From: Octopus vulgaris
Lineage: Eukaryota
Assembly (NCBI GenBank): GCA_951406725.2
Contig: OX597814.1
Location: 102,114,001 to 102,178,000, forward strand
Reading direction: 5' to 3'
Length of the DNA: 64,000 bases
The notes beneath the pieces are model-generated. The model was not told the origin of the DNA, made no database searches, and saw only the letters and a list, made by a program, of their open reading frames with translations. A program made the translations under genes and the position numbers. This document shows positions 23,781-38,939 of this stretch, piece by piece; position 1 is the first letter of the stretch, and each line of letters starts with the position of its first letter.

Positions 23781-23847
23781 ATTTTAGGTAAGCAAATTTT
23801 AGTAGAAATCTATGGCAGCTGACACTTTGGTGACATATAAACTTAAT

Positions 23848-24290
23848 ATATTGGGTTGGCAAGATAGTAATTTCGTTTTTCGCAAACAGATAGAGTTACG
23901 ATTTTTTAAATGGTTTATGTCCATGTTATGATTTTTTTTTCCTTTTGACATTTGATAGTCGTTACTTTTAACTTACTTTAGAAGCAAAATGCGCGTAATT
24001 TTGTTTACAGCTATTAGTTCAGTGTCAATTTTAATATGGAGTTCAAAAACGAACATTTTCGCCATATGTTGCGTTTTTATCTTTGTAAAGGCAAGAGAGC
24101 TGTTGAAGTTCACAAAGAGAAGTTTATATTGTTGATTGCTTAACAGGACGCACATGTCAGAAATGGTTTTAAAATTTCCGTTCAGGAGATTTTTCACTCA
24201 AAGATGATAACGTTCTGGCCGACCTACTGAAGTTGATGATGACCGAATCAAAGCCATAATTGAAACTGATTATCATATAACTGTGCGCGC
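23848..24290 (+). mobile_element. mariner 5' fragment (TIR + HTH region)
   Basis: TA-TTGGGTTGGCAA terminus; peptides EFKNEHFRHMLRFY, CQKWF..FRSGDFSLKDD and GRPTEVDDDRIKAII. Confidence 0.75.
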
Positions 24291-25019
24291 GCACGCAAAC
24301 GCACACGCACACACGCACACACATGCGCGCGCACACAATTGGATGAACACGACACCCGACAATTAAAGCACACATGTTTCAGCTCTAATGTTAGATATGT
24401 TAAACTCCGCCGCTTGTACACGCATGTTGTACGCATCCGAGGACGGTATATGACGTAATACAAAGAACGCAACAATAATAAGAGAAAAGAACATGGACGT
24501 AGCTTAGCATTCCATTATTCCACTTGTTACATATGTTTCAGTATTCGGCAACACCTGACGTCACACTAAATGTAAACACGTGACACTTCTAGGGAAAACG
24601 TAGAGCAAACATATCGTCAGACAATCGTAAATGAAATAGAAGTTAGAGAGAAACATCAACCGAACAGACCACAGGAACATGCCAGAGGAGGACGGGCATG
24701 CAGAGTGGGCAGGTGTTAGGGCTTTGGGACTTACACCGCCTTTATAAATGGAGAAGGAAGAGGCGGGTAAAGATAACAGTCGGCAACATAAATGTGTACA
24801 ATAAACCACTCAATGAACGGCGCCGTCACAGTCTTTCCCGGTAGGTTTGGTTTGTAACCAGCTCATGCAGCCCTACGCGTGCGCGCGTGCAGACTAGTGC
24901 AAAAAGCATACACATGCAAATACGCGTATGTGTGTGTGTGTGTGTGTACACACACATATATAGATATGCGTACGTTCACACATACATGTTTACACTCAGA
25001 CATACGTACATGTGCACCA

Positions 25020-25810
25020 GTATATTCAAACGTGTGAAAATACGAAGACAATGAAGAACGGGGGGAGAGTGGAGATGTTGAAAATATCAAAGACAGCGGA
25101 GGTCAACTGGTGGGGTATGGTCTAGAAGTGATGGTACTTATCGGCCTGTCTGACCTCCACAAAATGATAGAAGAGATAGTTCTGCCCGATGAGACCAGAC
25201 TGAGAGTCATGGTGGAGGGTAGATCACCAATATGCTTCCAATATAGAGTAAGGGGGCACATGAAGGCAAAGTATCCCCAGAAACACGAGGGTCGTCAGAT
25301 AGAAGTGAATGTAATATCGGAGAGGGAAATAGAGTTTACATTCGTGGAGAAGAAAGGAAATAGCGAATCTTCACCGAAAAAGAAAAGGAAAGCGGAGGAA
25401 AAGAAAATAGAGAAAAGAAGAAATGAGGAGGCAACGGAGAACCTTCAACGAGTAAGAAGGAGGAAGGACAGAATAAACAAGAAAACGAACATCAAATAGA
25501 AGTGGAGACACTAGTAGAGAGTGAAGATACAGCCGTGAATGCCACGCAAAGGAAAATATGAACGAATGTTAGTGGTGTGCGAGAAAAGTGTTGAAATAGC
25601 AAAAATGAAAGGTGTAATAAGAGTGAAATTAGCAGATAATGAAGAGAACCGTATTATGAAAGCAGTGCTACTGCAGAACGAAAGAGCGGCGAGATTAAAA
25701 GAGACATTTGGAAGCAGAGTGGAAATTACAAGAAAGTGGTTTCAATATGATGAATTGCCACCAGTGGTCATGAATGCAGACTTAATGCCTTATGCAATAT
25801 AAATCATGAT
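25020..25810 (+). mobile_element. Gag/ORF1-like retroelement remnant
   Basis: ORF 25110-25499 with RVMVEGRSPICFQYRVRGHMKAKYP (decayed CCHC knuckle), followed by a Lys/Glu-rich tract. Confidence 0.5.
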
Positions 25811-25929
25811 ACATACTGGACAAAAATCATTGATTATATAAACAGTAAAATGGGACTTTCTACTTTGGTGGGTAGAAAGCCATTTCATTATTATAATTTC
25901 ACACTTCATAATTCATTCGTTAATCATTT

Positions 25930-28890
25930 TATGTATCCGACGTTTGTCTTTGTAATGCCCATTCTATAAAAAGTGCTATATGCCTATAATAAAGAGAAAA
26001 GAGTCGAGTGAAGTTGGTGTTAATTCGCAGCTAAGTCGGAAGGTACCGGTTGGTTAGTCACAAGGAAAATTAATTGTTGGTTCGTAAAGAGATTTGTTAG
26101 TTCATTATATTGTTTTTACTGTTGTCGGGTTATTTATTGTACGTAACAAATTACGTCACAACATCTGGCGACGTGGGTTCGAAGCTCACGTAGATTATTT
26201 AACAATTTGTGATACAACTTGTCAAATATGGGAAGGCCTATCAGCTTCCATAGCACAGTTGCTAAAGCAACAAGAGTAGCAACGGGAATTGCAGAAACAA
26301 CTATTACAGCAACAACTACAACAACAATTATTGAAGCTATATTCAAAGAAATTTAAAAATTAGGTAAGTTCGTTTTCGACAGACAGCGTTTCGAACTCGA
26401 ATAATGAATTCAGAGGAGGGTCTAACTTGTGCATCGTGCTACAGAAGGTACGAGATTTTTAAGCAAGATTACAAATCATGGTCAGACGAACAAAAAATGA
26501 GATTGTTATTGCTAAAATTAGTGCCGTTAGAGCATGAACGTTACCGTAATTCCATATTGTCCCCAAAATACAATGAAATTTGTTTTTAAAAAACAATAGA
26601 ATTACTGTCTAACATATTCGGTGATAAAACTTTACTATTGAACAATCGAATAGAGTGTTGGAATATAACGATAAAAGAGAATGATGATTTTATCACAGAC
26701 GCAGGAACGCTCAATAAGATGTGTGAAAGTTTTAAACTCAAAGTACGGATCTTTTCGGTTTGAACGGCAGTTTTTAACATAATTTCTAGGTAACTAAAAC
26801 ATTTTAAACTTCGTATACTGGTAAAATGTGTTTATAAAACATCTTTTTTTCTTGGCTTTATTGAGAAAATTCTATAGTTTGTAAGATATTTGTCGTTTTT
26901 TTCCTTCAATTTCTGCAATTTCAACCAAACAGTGACGTCTATTGAGTTAAAAAGCATTCTGTGCCGTATGAATATGTTCCTCGTTTAAGAAACAGATTGG
27001 GTTTATTTACATTTGTGAAGAAAAAAAGATAACCTTCCCCCCACCCCTAACCCTAAAACAGATTGAAATGCAATAGATCGATTCTAGGGTCATAATTATG
27101 GGTAATAATTTCATATGACACCGCTAGAAAAAACTGCCGTTCAAACCGAAAAGATCCCAAAGTACTTACACCTGAGACATTCAAGTGTCTTATTTTCGTA
27201 CAAGGCCTTACAGCAAGCGAAGATACAGAAATTCAAGCAAGAATTCTTTCTAAATTGAAACAAGCGAACCAAGAACTAAGTTTACAGTTCATGGCAAAAG
27301 AATGCCAAAGGATGGTAAACTTGAAACACGGAGTAGAAAAAGTTCAAGAAGAGGATGCCTCAAGAATACTGATATGCCGACCGGAAAAAGTACAACCAGA
27401 AAAGAGAGCAACGTCCTAATCCATGTTATGGGTGTAGGGGCATACATTTCGGAAAAGTCTGTCCATTTAAAAATCAAAAATGTTACAGTTGCAAAAGAAT
27501 TGGTCACTAGAGTGCAGACTGCAGAACAAAATTACGAATATCAAACGTTAAAACCCTAGAGTGCTCTCAACAGAAACAAAAATCGACTCCAAAATAAGAA
27601 AATTCGTACACATAAAAATAAATGGAATACATATTAAACTTCAATTGGATACTAGATGTGATGTTTCAATAATAAATGTGGACACACTGAAGAAAATAGG
27701 GAAACTTATATTGAGAAAAACAGCGAAATCTGCTGGTAGCGTGACGGACGACAAATTACATTTCATAGGCGAAATGTGGACTAATGTCACATTTCGAGGG
27801 AAAACATGCATGGTGAAAGTCTTCGTCGTTAAAAATGCAACCGATCTGTTTGGTACCGATTGGTTAGAATTATTCGATTTATGGGACCTCCCCGTAAATC
27901 TCTATTGTAAAAACGTAGATGGTTGTCCTTCTAAAAATAATTCGTCTGAAAAGTTAAGCGAAAATTTTTTTTAAATGTTTCCGCAAGTACTCTCGGACTA
28001 AGTAGACTGAATCGTGTTTTAAATTAGATGATAACGTTACACCTGTGTTTAAACCTAATAAGAAAGTGCCTTTGCGGAAATAAAGCAAGGGGATGGTGAG
28101 TTGGACAGATTGGCAAAAAACGGAATTATTGGAAAAGTGGAGTACGCGAAATGGGCAGTTCCGACTGTATGCATAAAAAGAAAAAGAAAACAAAATTGGG
28201 TTGTGCGCCGATTTTTCGACCGGTTTAAATGACTGTTTAAAAATGAACCATTATCTACTACAGACCCCAGAAAATATTTTTACAAAACTAAACAGAGGAA
28301 AATATTTTCAAAACTCGATCTATCTGACGTATATCTACAAATCAAAGTAGATTTTAAAAATGCTCAAAGCTGTTAACGGTCAACTCGCACGGAGATCTAT
28401 ACAAATACAATAGACTACCTTTTGAACTGAAGGTAGCACCTGCAATATTTCAACAGATGATGGACGCGATGTTGGCAGACTATCAATTTGCTATTCCTTA
28501 CCTTGATGATGTGTTAATCAAAAGCGAATCGCGGAATTAGCATATCGAATACGTGAAGTGTGACTTTAAAGAAATTAAGAATTGTGGTTTCACACTCAGT
28601 GAAGAGAAGTGTGAATTTTTTCTTTTTTTTTTTTTGCCTAAAATCAAATACCTGGGTCAAATCATAGATAAGAATGGAAGACGTCGAGAGCAGACGCAAT
28701 CAAGAATATGCTGCCTCCAACGAATATACCGACATTGCAAGCTTTCCTTGGCCTAGTAAATTACTATCAACAGTACATTCTAAATATACATAAATTGAGA
28801 ACACCATTAAACGATTTACTGGGAAAAAAAGAAGTAAAATGGAATTTGTCAGAAAAGTGCCAAAACGCATTTGAAGACATAAAAATCTGA
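25930..28890 (+). mobile_element. Ty3/Gypsy (Mag-like) LTR retrotransposon, degenerate and 3'-truncated
   Basis: LTR-like end ...CACA, PBS TGGCGACG at 26166; gag FKCLIFVQGL and CYGC..H....C; protease LQLDTRCDVSII; RT FSKLDLS, RLPF.LKVAPAIFQ and YLDD (~28500); LQAFLGLVNYY. Confidence 0.88.
26747..27157. mobile_element. Non-autonomous DNA transposon (411 bp; 29-bp TIR, 8-bp TSD; Merlin-like)
   Basis: Perfect TIR GGATCTTTTCGGTTTGAACGGCAGTTTTT at both ends. TSD CAAAGTAC at 26739-26746 and 27158-27165. Excision restores the Gypsy gag frame. Confidence 0.9.
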
Positions 28891-29369
28891 AGAGAATAGT
28901 CAAACAAAAATATTACTCAGTATTTGAATATGAAGATGGAAGTAAATAAGTATTTTTGTTACCTTGTCGTTAATTAATTGTATTTTACATGAAGTATTTC
29001 ATTCGTCTTGTTATTTCTAGATATACATTCGTAGTTTTTTACATATACATATATATATAACTACGTATGTCTATACATCCTATCTGATCAACTCCTGTAT
29101 GTAAGGTGAGATGTAAGATGTAAGATGAGCTGGTTAAGTAAAACTAAAAGTGAGAAGTCAATCCTTAAAATGTTGAAGTACTTATTATATATTTCAAGGA
29201 TGTTTATGAAAGTGCTTTAAACAATGTCAATGAGATAATTAAAAATGCTTACTTCCAACATTGGACAAAATCACTCCATACACTCTTGCCTATGAAAATA
29301 TCCCCACTTTTACAATGAAAGACTATTCTGTTACACATACATACAAAAATACATGGACACAAACACATG

Positions 29370-29755
29370 TATAAAGAGTGTTTGAGCTAAATTTAACAGT
29401 TTGCATAAAAGGAAAAGAAAAGAAAACATCTTATCCCAATATAAAAGGGTTTTTTTAAAATCAAACAGTATCAACTAGGTTATGGCTCAGAGATAACAGT
29501 TTACTCAAAGCAGCCGCGCTGAGCCACCGCCACGGCCTTAAAACGGCTCCAGAACTTGGTGCGTGCGTGCCTTACTGTGTCCTTGAAAAAAATCTTCAAA
29601 CAACTCCTTGGTGTTGACCACCAGCTCGGCCTTGATGTTTCTCGAATGCGCCCCACAGAGAGTAATCTATTGGATTACAATTGGGGGAATTAGGAGGCCA
29701 GAAATTGAGGCTAATGAAGTCGCAGAAATCCCGTAACCAATTTGGAATGTAAACA
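29370..29755 (-). mobile_element. Tc1/mariner (maT/DD37D-like) transposase 3' fragment
   Basis: WLRDFCDFISLNFWPPNSPNCNPIDYSLWGAFE matches the WPPxSPDxNPxDY motif. Confidence 0.75.
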
Positions 29756-29861
29756 AAACATATACCAGTATGTATGTACGGCCAATAATGCATATATGTA
29801 TGTACATTTATACACGCACACATACAAACACACGCGCACGCGCACGTACACACACACACAT

Positions 29862-29922
<61 letters not shown>

Positions 29923-30159
29923 AACGCATATATACAAATCCACGCAAAAGCATAAATCTATATATGTGTATATAAGTATATATAATACATGTGTATTTAT
30001 ATATAGCTATGTATAGACATATGTGTATGTTTGTGTGCGTGTGATTGTATGTTTGTACACAATTTTGGTGGCTCTCGGAGAGAGTTAAAAGCTGCTTGGG
30101 GGATACAAATAATATCGAACATACATACACATGCTATTGCTTTACTAGTTATCACGTAA

Positions 30160-30420
30160 TTACGTGACCGACCTGGTTATTAAGTGCTGTTAGACCTCGC
30201 TGGGCAACATGCGCTTTATCATTGTTTTATCCCTCAAATGACGCCACCCTTCTGGGTAGGTGAGCAAGCTAACATTCCCCAACTGATCAAAAACGGGAAT
30301 GGAGCAACGTGAGATAAAGTGTTTTGCTCAAGAACACAACGCGCCACCCGTTCTGTGAATTGAACTCACGATCTAGTGATATCGTGATTGCAACAGCCTC
30401 TTCACGAGGCCACGCATTTT
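30160..30420 (-). mobile_element. tRNA-derived SINE fragment
   Basis: Minus strand has a B-box-like GAGTTCAATTC followed by GCGTTGTGTTCTTGAGCAAAACACTTTATCTCACGTTGCTCC. Confidence 0.55.
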
Positions 30421-30424
30421 ACCA

Positions 30425-30484
<60 letters not shown>

Positions 30485-30494
30485 TATATATATA

Positions 30495-31365
30495 TATCAG
30501 TTGGATAAAGTTAAACATGGTCTGGTTTTCACGTTTTCTATTATGGTATTTTAACATTTATAATTTGTAATCCTTATAAAGTTAAATTAGCGCTTTCATA
30601 CATAGAGTAATCATCAGCTTTGATACATAGAGTAAGCATTCACAGTATCCAACATAACAAATGTGGGACGTATCAATACATGCATACTGGTAGATCTATT
30701 AGAACAAAAAATGGACAGGCATTCGCAAATGCAGATATGAATGTCAAAAGCAGAAAATCGATCTAATTCATTAAATGCCTGAATTGCGAGGAATTGTATA
30801 TTGGCGAGACAGGGGATGCATTATCAGAACACTCACGAGTCTACAGACGACAAATCCGGCACACCAATGCTCGCCAAATTCCATTGGGTGAACATATAGA
30901 GACATATGGTCAGAAAATGCTTCTAATTTTTCCTTTCCACAAACTACATGACACAAGTGAAGTTGGAAGAAAAATAAAAGAAAAATGCTTCATTAAAATG
31001 TTCAGACCTGTTCTGAACGGAAATAACAGCAATAATATAACAACCAGTTAATGATGTGAATTAAAAAAATATCTCTTGCATATAAATATAGACAGATTAC
31101 AGGATATCAGTACGCCTGGCAAGCCATGATGTTTAAGCTGCATGCAGATTCGTTAAAACCGTGTTCTAAAACTTCAGCTTCTTGAAGTGTTCTAAGAGGT
31201 ACTAAAGTTGTCAGTTAAACACATTTGAAATCTGATGATCTGATGATCACTCCATGTATGAAAGCGGTAATTTAACTTTGAGATTTACAAACTATATTTT
31301 TTAATGTTAAAACACTATAATAAAAACATGAAAGCCAGGCCATGTTTTAACTTTATTCAACTGAT
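30495..31365 (+). mobile_element. Penelope-like element 3' part (GIY-YIG endonuclease + pLTR) with inverted terminal segment
   Basis: C..C.ELYIGETG...HI...KEKCFIKMFRPVLN (GIY-YIG C-half); hammerhead-like core at 31228-31273; 30495-30565 is the reverse complement of ~31300-31365. Confidence 0.8.
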
Positions 31366-31412
31366 ATATTATTCTATACATATTCACACAAATTCGAAAT
31401 AAAATATATACA

Positions 31413-31458
<46 letters not shown>

Positions 31459-31672
31459 TATATATATATATACATATATACTCACATACATATATGTATG
31501 CATTTGTATATACCTATAAAGAGGTCTTAGGGTTTTTGGGCCCATAAAGTTAAACCCTTTATGGACGGGAAACCCAGGGTAACGCCATAAACCGGCCTCC
31601 CCCAGTAAAAAACATTGGCTGCTCTACTTCTTAGAGTGTGCTTCACCAGATTTATGCTTTCTAAAAGCAATG

Positions 31673-31744
<72 letters not shown>

Positions 31745-32159
31745 CTCACCACTCATCATTAGTTTCAATCAATCTGTGTATGAAATTTTTCAGTATCTTT
31801 GAGTTGTATCGCTGCTGCCGACATTTTGAGAATATTGACGTTACAAGGAAATTTTCAATTCTTTCCCCTTTCATCTATCTAGCCACTGTAAGAATCAAGG
31901 ACAAATGCTTTAACGTAACGATTATGTATTGCTACACACACACACACACATACACGCGCGCGCGCACATGTCTGTACGTAGTTTTCTCTTTTTCAAAGTT
32001 TATGCCAGCAACAAGTTTCATAATTAATACTTCATATATTTCATGTTTTCCTCACTTCCAATCACCAAAATTCAAATGATAGATCGAATATTTTACGTTA
32101 ATTACTCTGCGCGCGGAAGCGGAAGCAGAGTATTGTAATCAACTTACAAACTTCCCGAT

Positions 32160-32216
<57 letters not shown>

Positions 32217-32849
32217 CACTGATGGATTCGAGGGTTTCGCTTATTTGCGAGTTGATATCTTAATTTCACAGGAGTATGAATATGGTGATATTTAAAAAAA
32301 ACGAATTAATTCAGTTCAATTAAAAAGTATGGGTAAGCAACGCATTGTCAACCACACCATAATTTGTGAAACAATTTATCTACGCGCAAGATATGCGTCG
32401 CCCCTCCAATGCCTTTTGTTTTTTGTCACTGAATTTATATTAGCTTAATTCATATCAATATACAGCATGGTTATTGTTAATATACAACATCTGTAGTAAT
32501 TAATTAAAATAGCTAATTTGTTTTAGTTCATAAAGTAGCATAGCTTGTACACTTTAATAAGATACCCACATCTGTCTTTTCACTCTTAAAGTAATCTTTA
32601 TCAATTCTGGTGCAAATTAACTTTCATATGCATACCAATATCTTAACAGTATCATAAATAACAATACTAAAGTTCAAAATAATTTAATACCTACCTTTTT
32701 AAATTATAAACATTTTTCTTGATGACTGTAAATTGCACTTATTGCAAATTTAAATACATCAATCTTCTAGCTGTATAGAATGTTTTAGAATGTCCCAGAA
32801 TATTTCTTGAGCAATCTTATTTTCTTTTGGAAATTCAATGTACCTCTTG

Positions 32850-34948
<2,099 letters not shown>

Positions 34949-35397
34949 AGTTGAATAAAGTTACACGTTCTTTTATTATTGCATTGAAAAAACATTTTGT
35001 CAATACTAAAGTGTATTAAGCATAAAAAAATATTTAATAATGTTCATAAAGTTCAATTTCCGCTTCCATACGTTCGTAATAATCATCAGATTTCAAAATG
35101 TATTGACTAATAGCTGAGTTGAGTGCTTGACAATCGTAGCAAAATGACTGACTTCTTCCTATTTATACCTTTTAGAAGACTTCGACTAGATGAACTTTTC
35201 GAATACGTTTTTGACCAATTAGCATATTGCTTAAACGTCACGGTTTGCCGGGTGCACCGATATTACTGGCATAGATCCCGCCTTTATTTTAACTAATTAG
35301 CTTATTATGGTTTATATGTAACGGTTTTATGAGTGAGCAAACTTAGTTGGAAACTTGTGGGAAAAATATGGGAAAAACAAGATTAAAAATAGTAAAA

Positions 35398-35398
35398 A

Positions 35399-35461
<63 letters not shown>

Positions 35462-35509
35462 TGGTAGTGGTGGTGGTGGTGGTGGTGGTGGTACTTGTGG
35501 TAGTGGTAA

Positions 35510-35543
<34 letters not shown>

Positions 35544-35580
35544 GGTAGTAGTAGTAGTAGTAGTAGTAGTAGCAGCAGCA
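35398..35580. repeat. (GTA)n/(GTG)n compound microsatellite
   Basis: Direct reading of the sequence. Confidence 0.95.
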
Positions 35581-35734
35581 ACAGTAGCGCTAGTAGACGA
35601 AGTAGAAGAAAAAGGAAGCGAAGAAAAAAGTAGTGAAAGACGACATGAGGAGAAGGAAGAAGGAAAATGAAGAGGGGGATATTATTATTACTACTAATAC
35701 TAATAAAAATAATATTTTCTACTGCAATTGTTTC

Positions 35735-36080
35735 GGTGGCACTACTCGATTACATCGCCCACAGTGCTCAACTACCACAGTGTTCAAATGGTACTCATTT
35801 TATCGCTCCCGACATGATGAAAGGCAAAATCTACTCCGGCTGAATTTGAACTCAGAACGTAAAGCTGGAAGAAATACTATAATGTATTTTGTCCAATGTG
35901 CTAACGATTCTGCCAACTCGCCGACTTTATCGTACTAATCCTTTCTTTCTACTACTAGAACAAAATCATAAATTTGGTGGTAGTCGATTGCAGCGACCAC
36001 AAAACTCAACTGATGCTTTTTTTTTTCATCAACCCTGAAAAGATAAAAGGCAAAGTTGACCTCAGTGGAACTTGAAAATT
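35735..36080 (-). mobile_element. SINE family A, diverged copies
   Basis: GATGAAAGGCAAAAT...AATTTGAACTCAGAACGT...GCTAACGATTCTGCC, plus a second partial AAAGGCAAAGTTGACCTC. Confidence 0.7.
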
Positions 36081-36109
36081 AGAAGAAGATGATGATGATG
36101 ATAGTAATA

Positions 36110-37205
36110 ATACGATACAACACACAATGAAAGAGAAGATAAGAAAGGAATACTGTAGACTAGTTAGATTAATACAGCTTCGTGCGAAAAACAAGATTAG
36201 TTATCAACACTGTAGCCGTCCCAGTTATAAGTTACTACTGCAATATTCTTAACTGGACTCTAAATGAACTAATCAAAACGGATAGGAAAACAAGAAAAAT
36301 AATGACAAGATTTAAGATGCATCACGCAAAATCTAACATAGAAAGGCTATATATACAACGTATCATGGTAGAACGATGTCAAGAAAAGCCCCTACATGGC
36401 AAATATTGGGTTAAGCTAAATAGAAAAGAAATAGACAAAGCAAAATCCTCGAGAAGCTCATGGCTCAAATCAGAGACTGAAGGATTTTTAATTGCAGCAC
36501 AAAATCAAAGCTTTCCTACCAGAAATCACCAAAAGCATGTAACGAAAAGAAATACAGGTAGCTGCAGAATATGTGGTGATAGAGAAGAAACAATAAATCA
36601 TATCGTCTCTGGCTGCCCAGTCCTGGCTAATATATTCTCAGACACGACTGAGTTAGGACCTATATACACTGGAAGATATGCCAACACTATGGAATAACAA
36701 CAGGAAAAAATAAACATACTCCAGAAAATGTCACAGAAAATGCGAAAGCAACCATACTATGGGATATGCCAACATACACAGATAGAGAAATTAAGGCCAA
36801 TAGGCCAGATATAGTTATCAGAGATCACCAAGAGAAAAGATGCTTTCTAATTGATGTATCAATGCCAACAGATGACTGGTTTCTCTAAAAGAAACGGAGA
36901 AATACAAAGATCTGGAAATAGAAGTAACTCGAATGTGGAATCTAAAAACAGAAACGATTCCTATTATAGAAGGTGTATTAGGTATGATTAAAAAAAAACA
37001 TTTAGACAAATAGAAACACCAGGACTTACAAGTATACATAACATACAGAAAATAGCACTACTAGGCACCGCACACATCCTACGTAAAACACTTTCAATAC
37101 AATGAAAATAAGAGCCTCACAAAAAAACCACGGCACATGCCCAAGGCACACAGAGCTGCGCTCGGTAATGCAGTGAAAGCACTGATAAAAATAAGACTAC
37201 TGAAT
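36110..37205 (+). mobile_element. R4/Dong-like LINE, internally deleted, ending in (AAT)n
   Basis: Same family as 3836-5716 (LNWTLNEL..DRKTRKIMT; ETEGFLIAAQ; CRICGDREETINHI). 3' UTR CCCAAGGCACACAGAGCTGCGCTCGG is followed by AAT repeats. Confidence 0.88.
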
Positions 37206-37224
37206 AATAATGATAATAATAATA

Positions 37225-37281
<57 letters not shown>

Positions 37282-38279
37282 TATGGGTTTTTCTTCTTCT
37301 TTCAAATTTGCTTCCATTTCTTGCCGAGTGTCTTCCCGACTCCTAGGGCAAAGAAACTCATAGTATACATTGGTAGGCCATTAAACTAAACTTACTAGTT
37401 CGTTTTTTTTTGTTTTTTTTATAGAAATAAAGTTAAATTAAAATACATGGGTAGTAATAGTTCTCACATCGACAATGCTCTTCTCAATACGTGTGATGTA
37501 CCAGTTAAGACAATCTTAGCCGATGTTTTTTAAAATGAGAATATCTGAAATAAACTCGACAGCTCTCACAAACATTCGTTACTGGTTTACCATTATGTTT
37601 ACCAATATGTTTGCAAATTGTTTTTGTTACGTGTTATTCTATGTCCTGAAAACCTTTATTTTATTAAATGTTGCTTACTGCAAGTTATGGATGATTCTTT
37701 TATGACTTCATTGCTTTCAGGCTTAGCTTAGGGTATTTTCGCGTCCGACATCACAAAATGCGTCTGAATAAATATTGTCGAACAGCAAATAGAAACTCGG
37801 ACATTGCTGAGAAAATATTTTTCATTTTTAACTTCATATATAGTACGCACTAAGGATTTTGACCTTTAAATTTTGGGGGAAAATGCGGATTATATTCGAG
37901 GATTTACGGTAGTTTCATATAAACTTCTTTTAAAATTCCTCTTTCGTTTTTCACGCATTAACTTGTGTAGGTTGAACTGTGTAAAACGTTACAGAAAAAA
38001 ATTAGCTGTTTATTGCAATACATACCAATACGTGCGTCTAAAGCAAACTTTTTTGTGGATACGCAATTTACCATTTTGCTGCGTAGAGCCCAACAAAAAA
38101 TCTTATATGGACCTTCAGGGCCACATGAATCCCGGTTGAGAACCACTGCTTTAAACCATTGGCCGACAGAGTATAACTTTGCATTTTTTATTCAGTTTAT
38201 TTGTTACTGCCAACGCTTACGGACTAGATGAAATCGTCAAGCTGTAATAAAATTGTCAAGCTGTAATAAAAGTGAAGGG

Positions 38280-38690
38280 CAAGTGTCTTCTACTATAGCC
38301 TCGGGCCGACCAAAGCCTTGTGAGTGGATTTGGTAGATGGAAACTGAAAGAAGCCCGTCGTATATAAGTATATGTATTTATATATAGTACGTTTATATAT
38401 TTGTTGTGCAAGATTTTTTATGTGAAGACGTGTGTTGAAACAGATATTGTTATATATATATATATATGCGTGTGTGTGTTTGTGTGTCTGTGTTTGTCCC
38501 CCTAGCATTGCTTAACAACCGATGCTGGTGTGTTTATGTCCCCGTTACTTAGCGGTTCGGCAAAAGAGACCGACAAAATAAGTACTGGGCTTACAAAAGA
38601 ATAAGTCCCGGGGTCGAGTTGCTCGATTAAAGGCGGTACTCAAGCTTGGCCACGGTCAGATGACTGAAACAAGTAAAACAGTAAAGAGAG
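38280..38690 (+). mobile_element. SINE family B
   Basis: Homologous to 7938-8240, 48000-48390 and 53478-53860. Confidence 0.85.
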
Positions 38691-38939
38691 ATAGTACAGA
38701 GGGAGTTGTAACAGTTACATTTGTTTAGAGTGAAGGTTTGAGGTGTAAGAGGAGAAGCGCCTGCTATGAAGAAACTAAACTTACCCGGCTGGTCACTGGC
38801 AACCGCAACGCTTAATCAAGAATACTAGAGAAATCCTTGTACTCTCCAGTTGACAACTGATAAGGTGAAGGCTGTTGTGCACATGCTATATTAAATAACA
38901 CGCACGCGCGCACGCACACACACACACGTTTTTGTTACG

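Noticed and set aside
24389-24830. Solo LTR
   Set aside because: It has TATA-like and AATAAA motifs and a CA end, but I could not define a TG start with a matching target-site duplication.
27040-27056. CCCTAACCCTAA as a telomeric array
   Set aside because: Only two units, inside the MITE.
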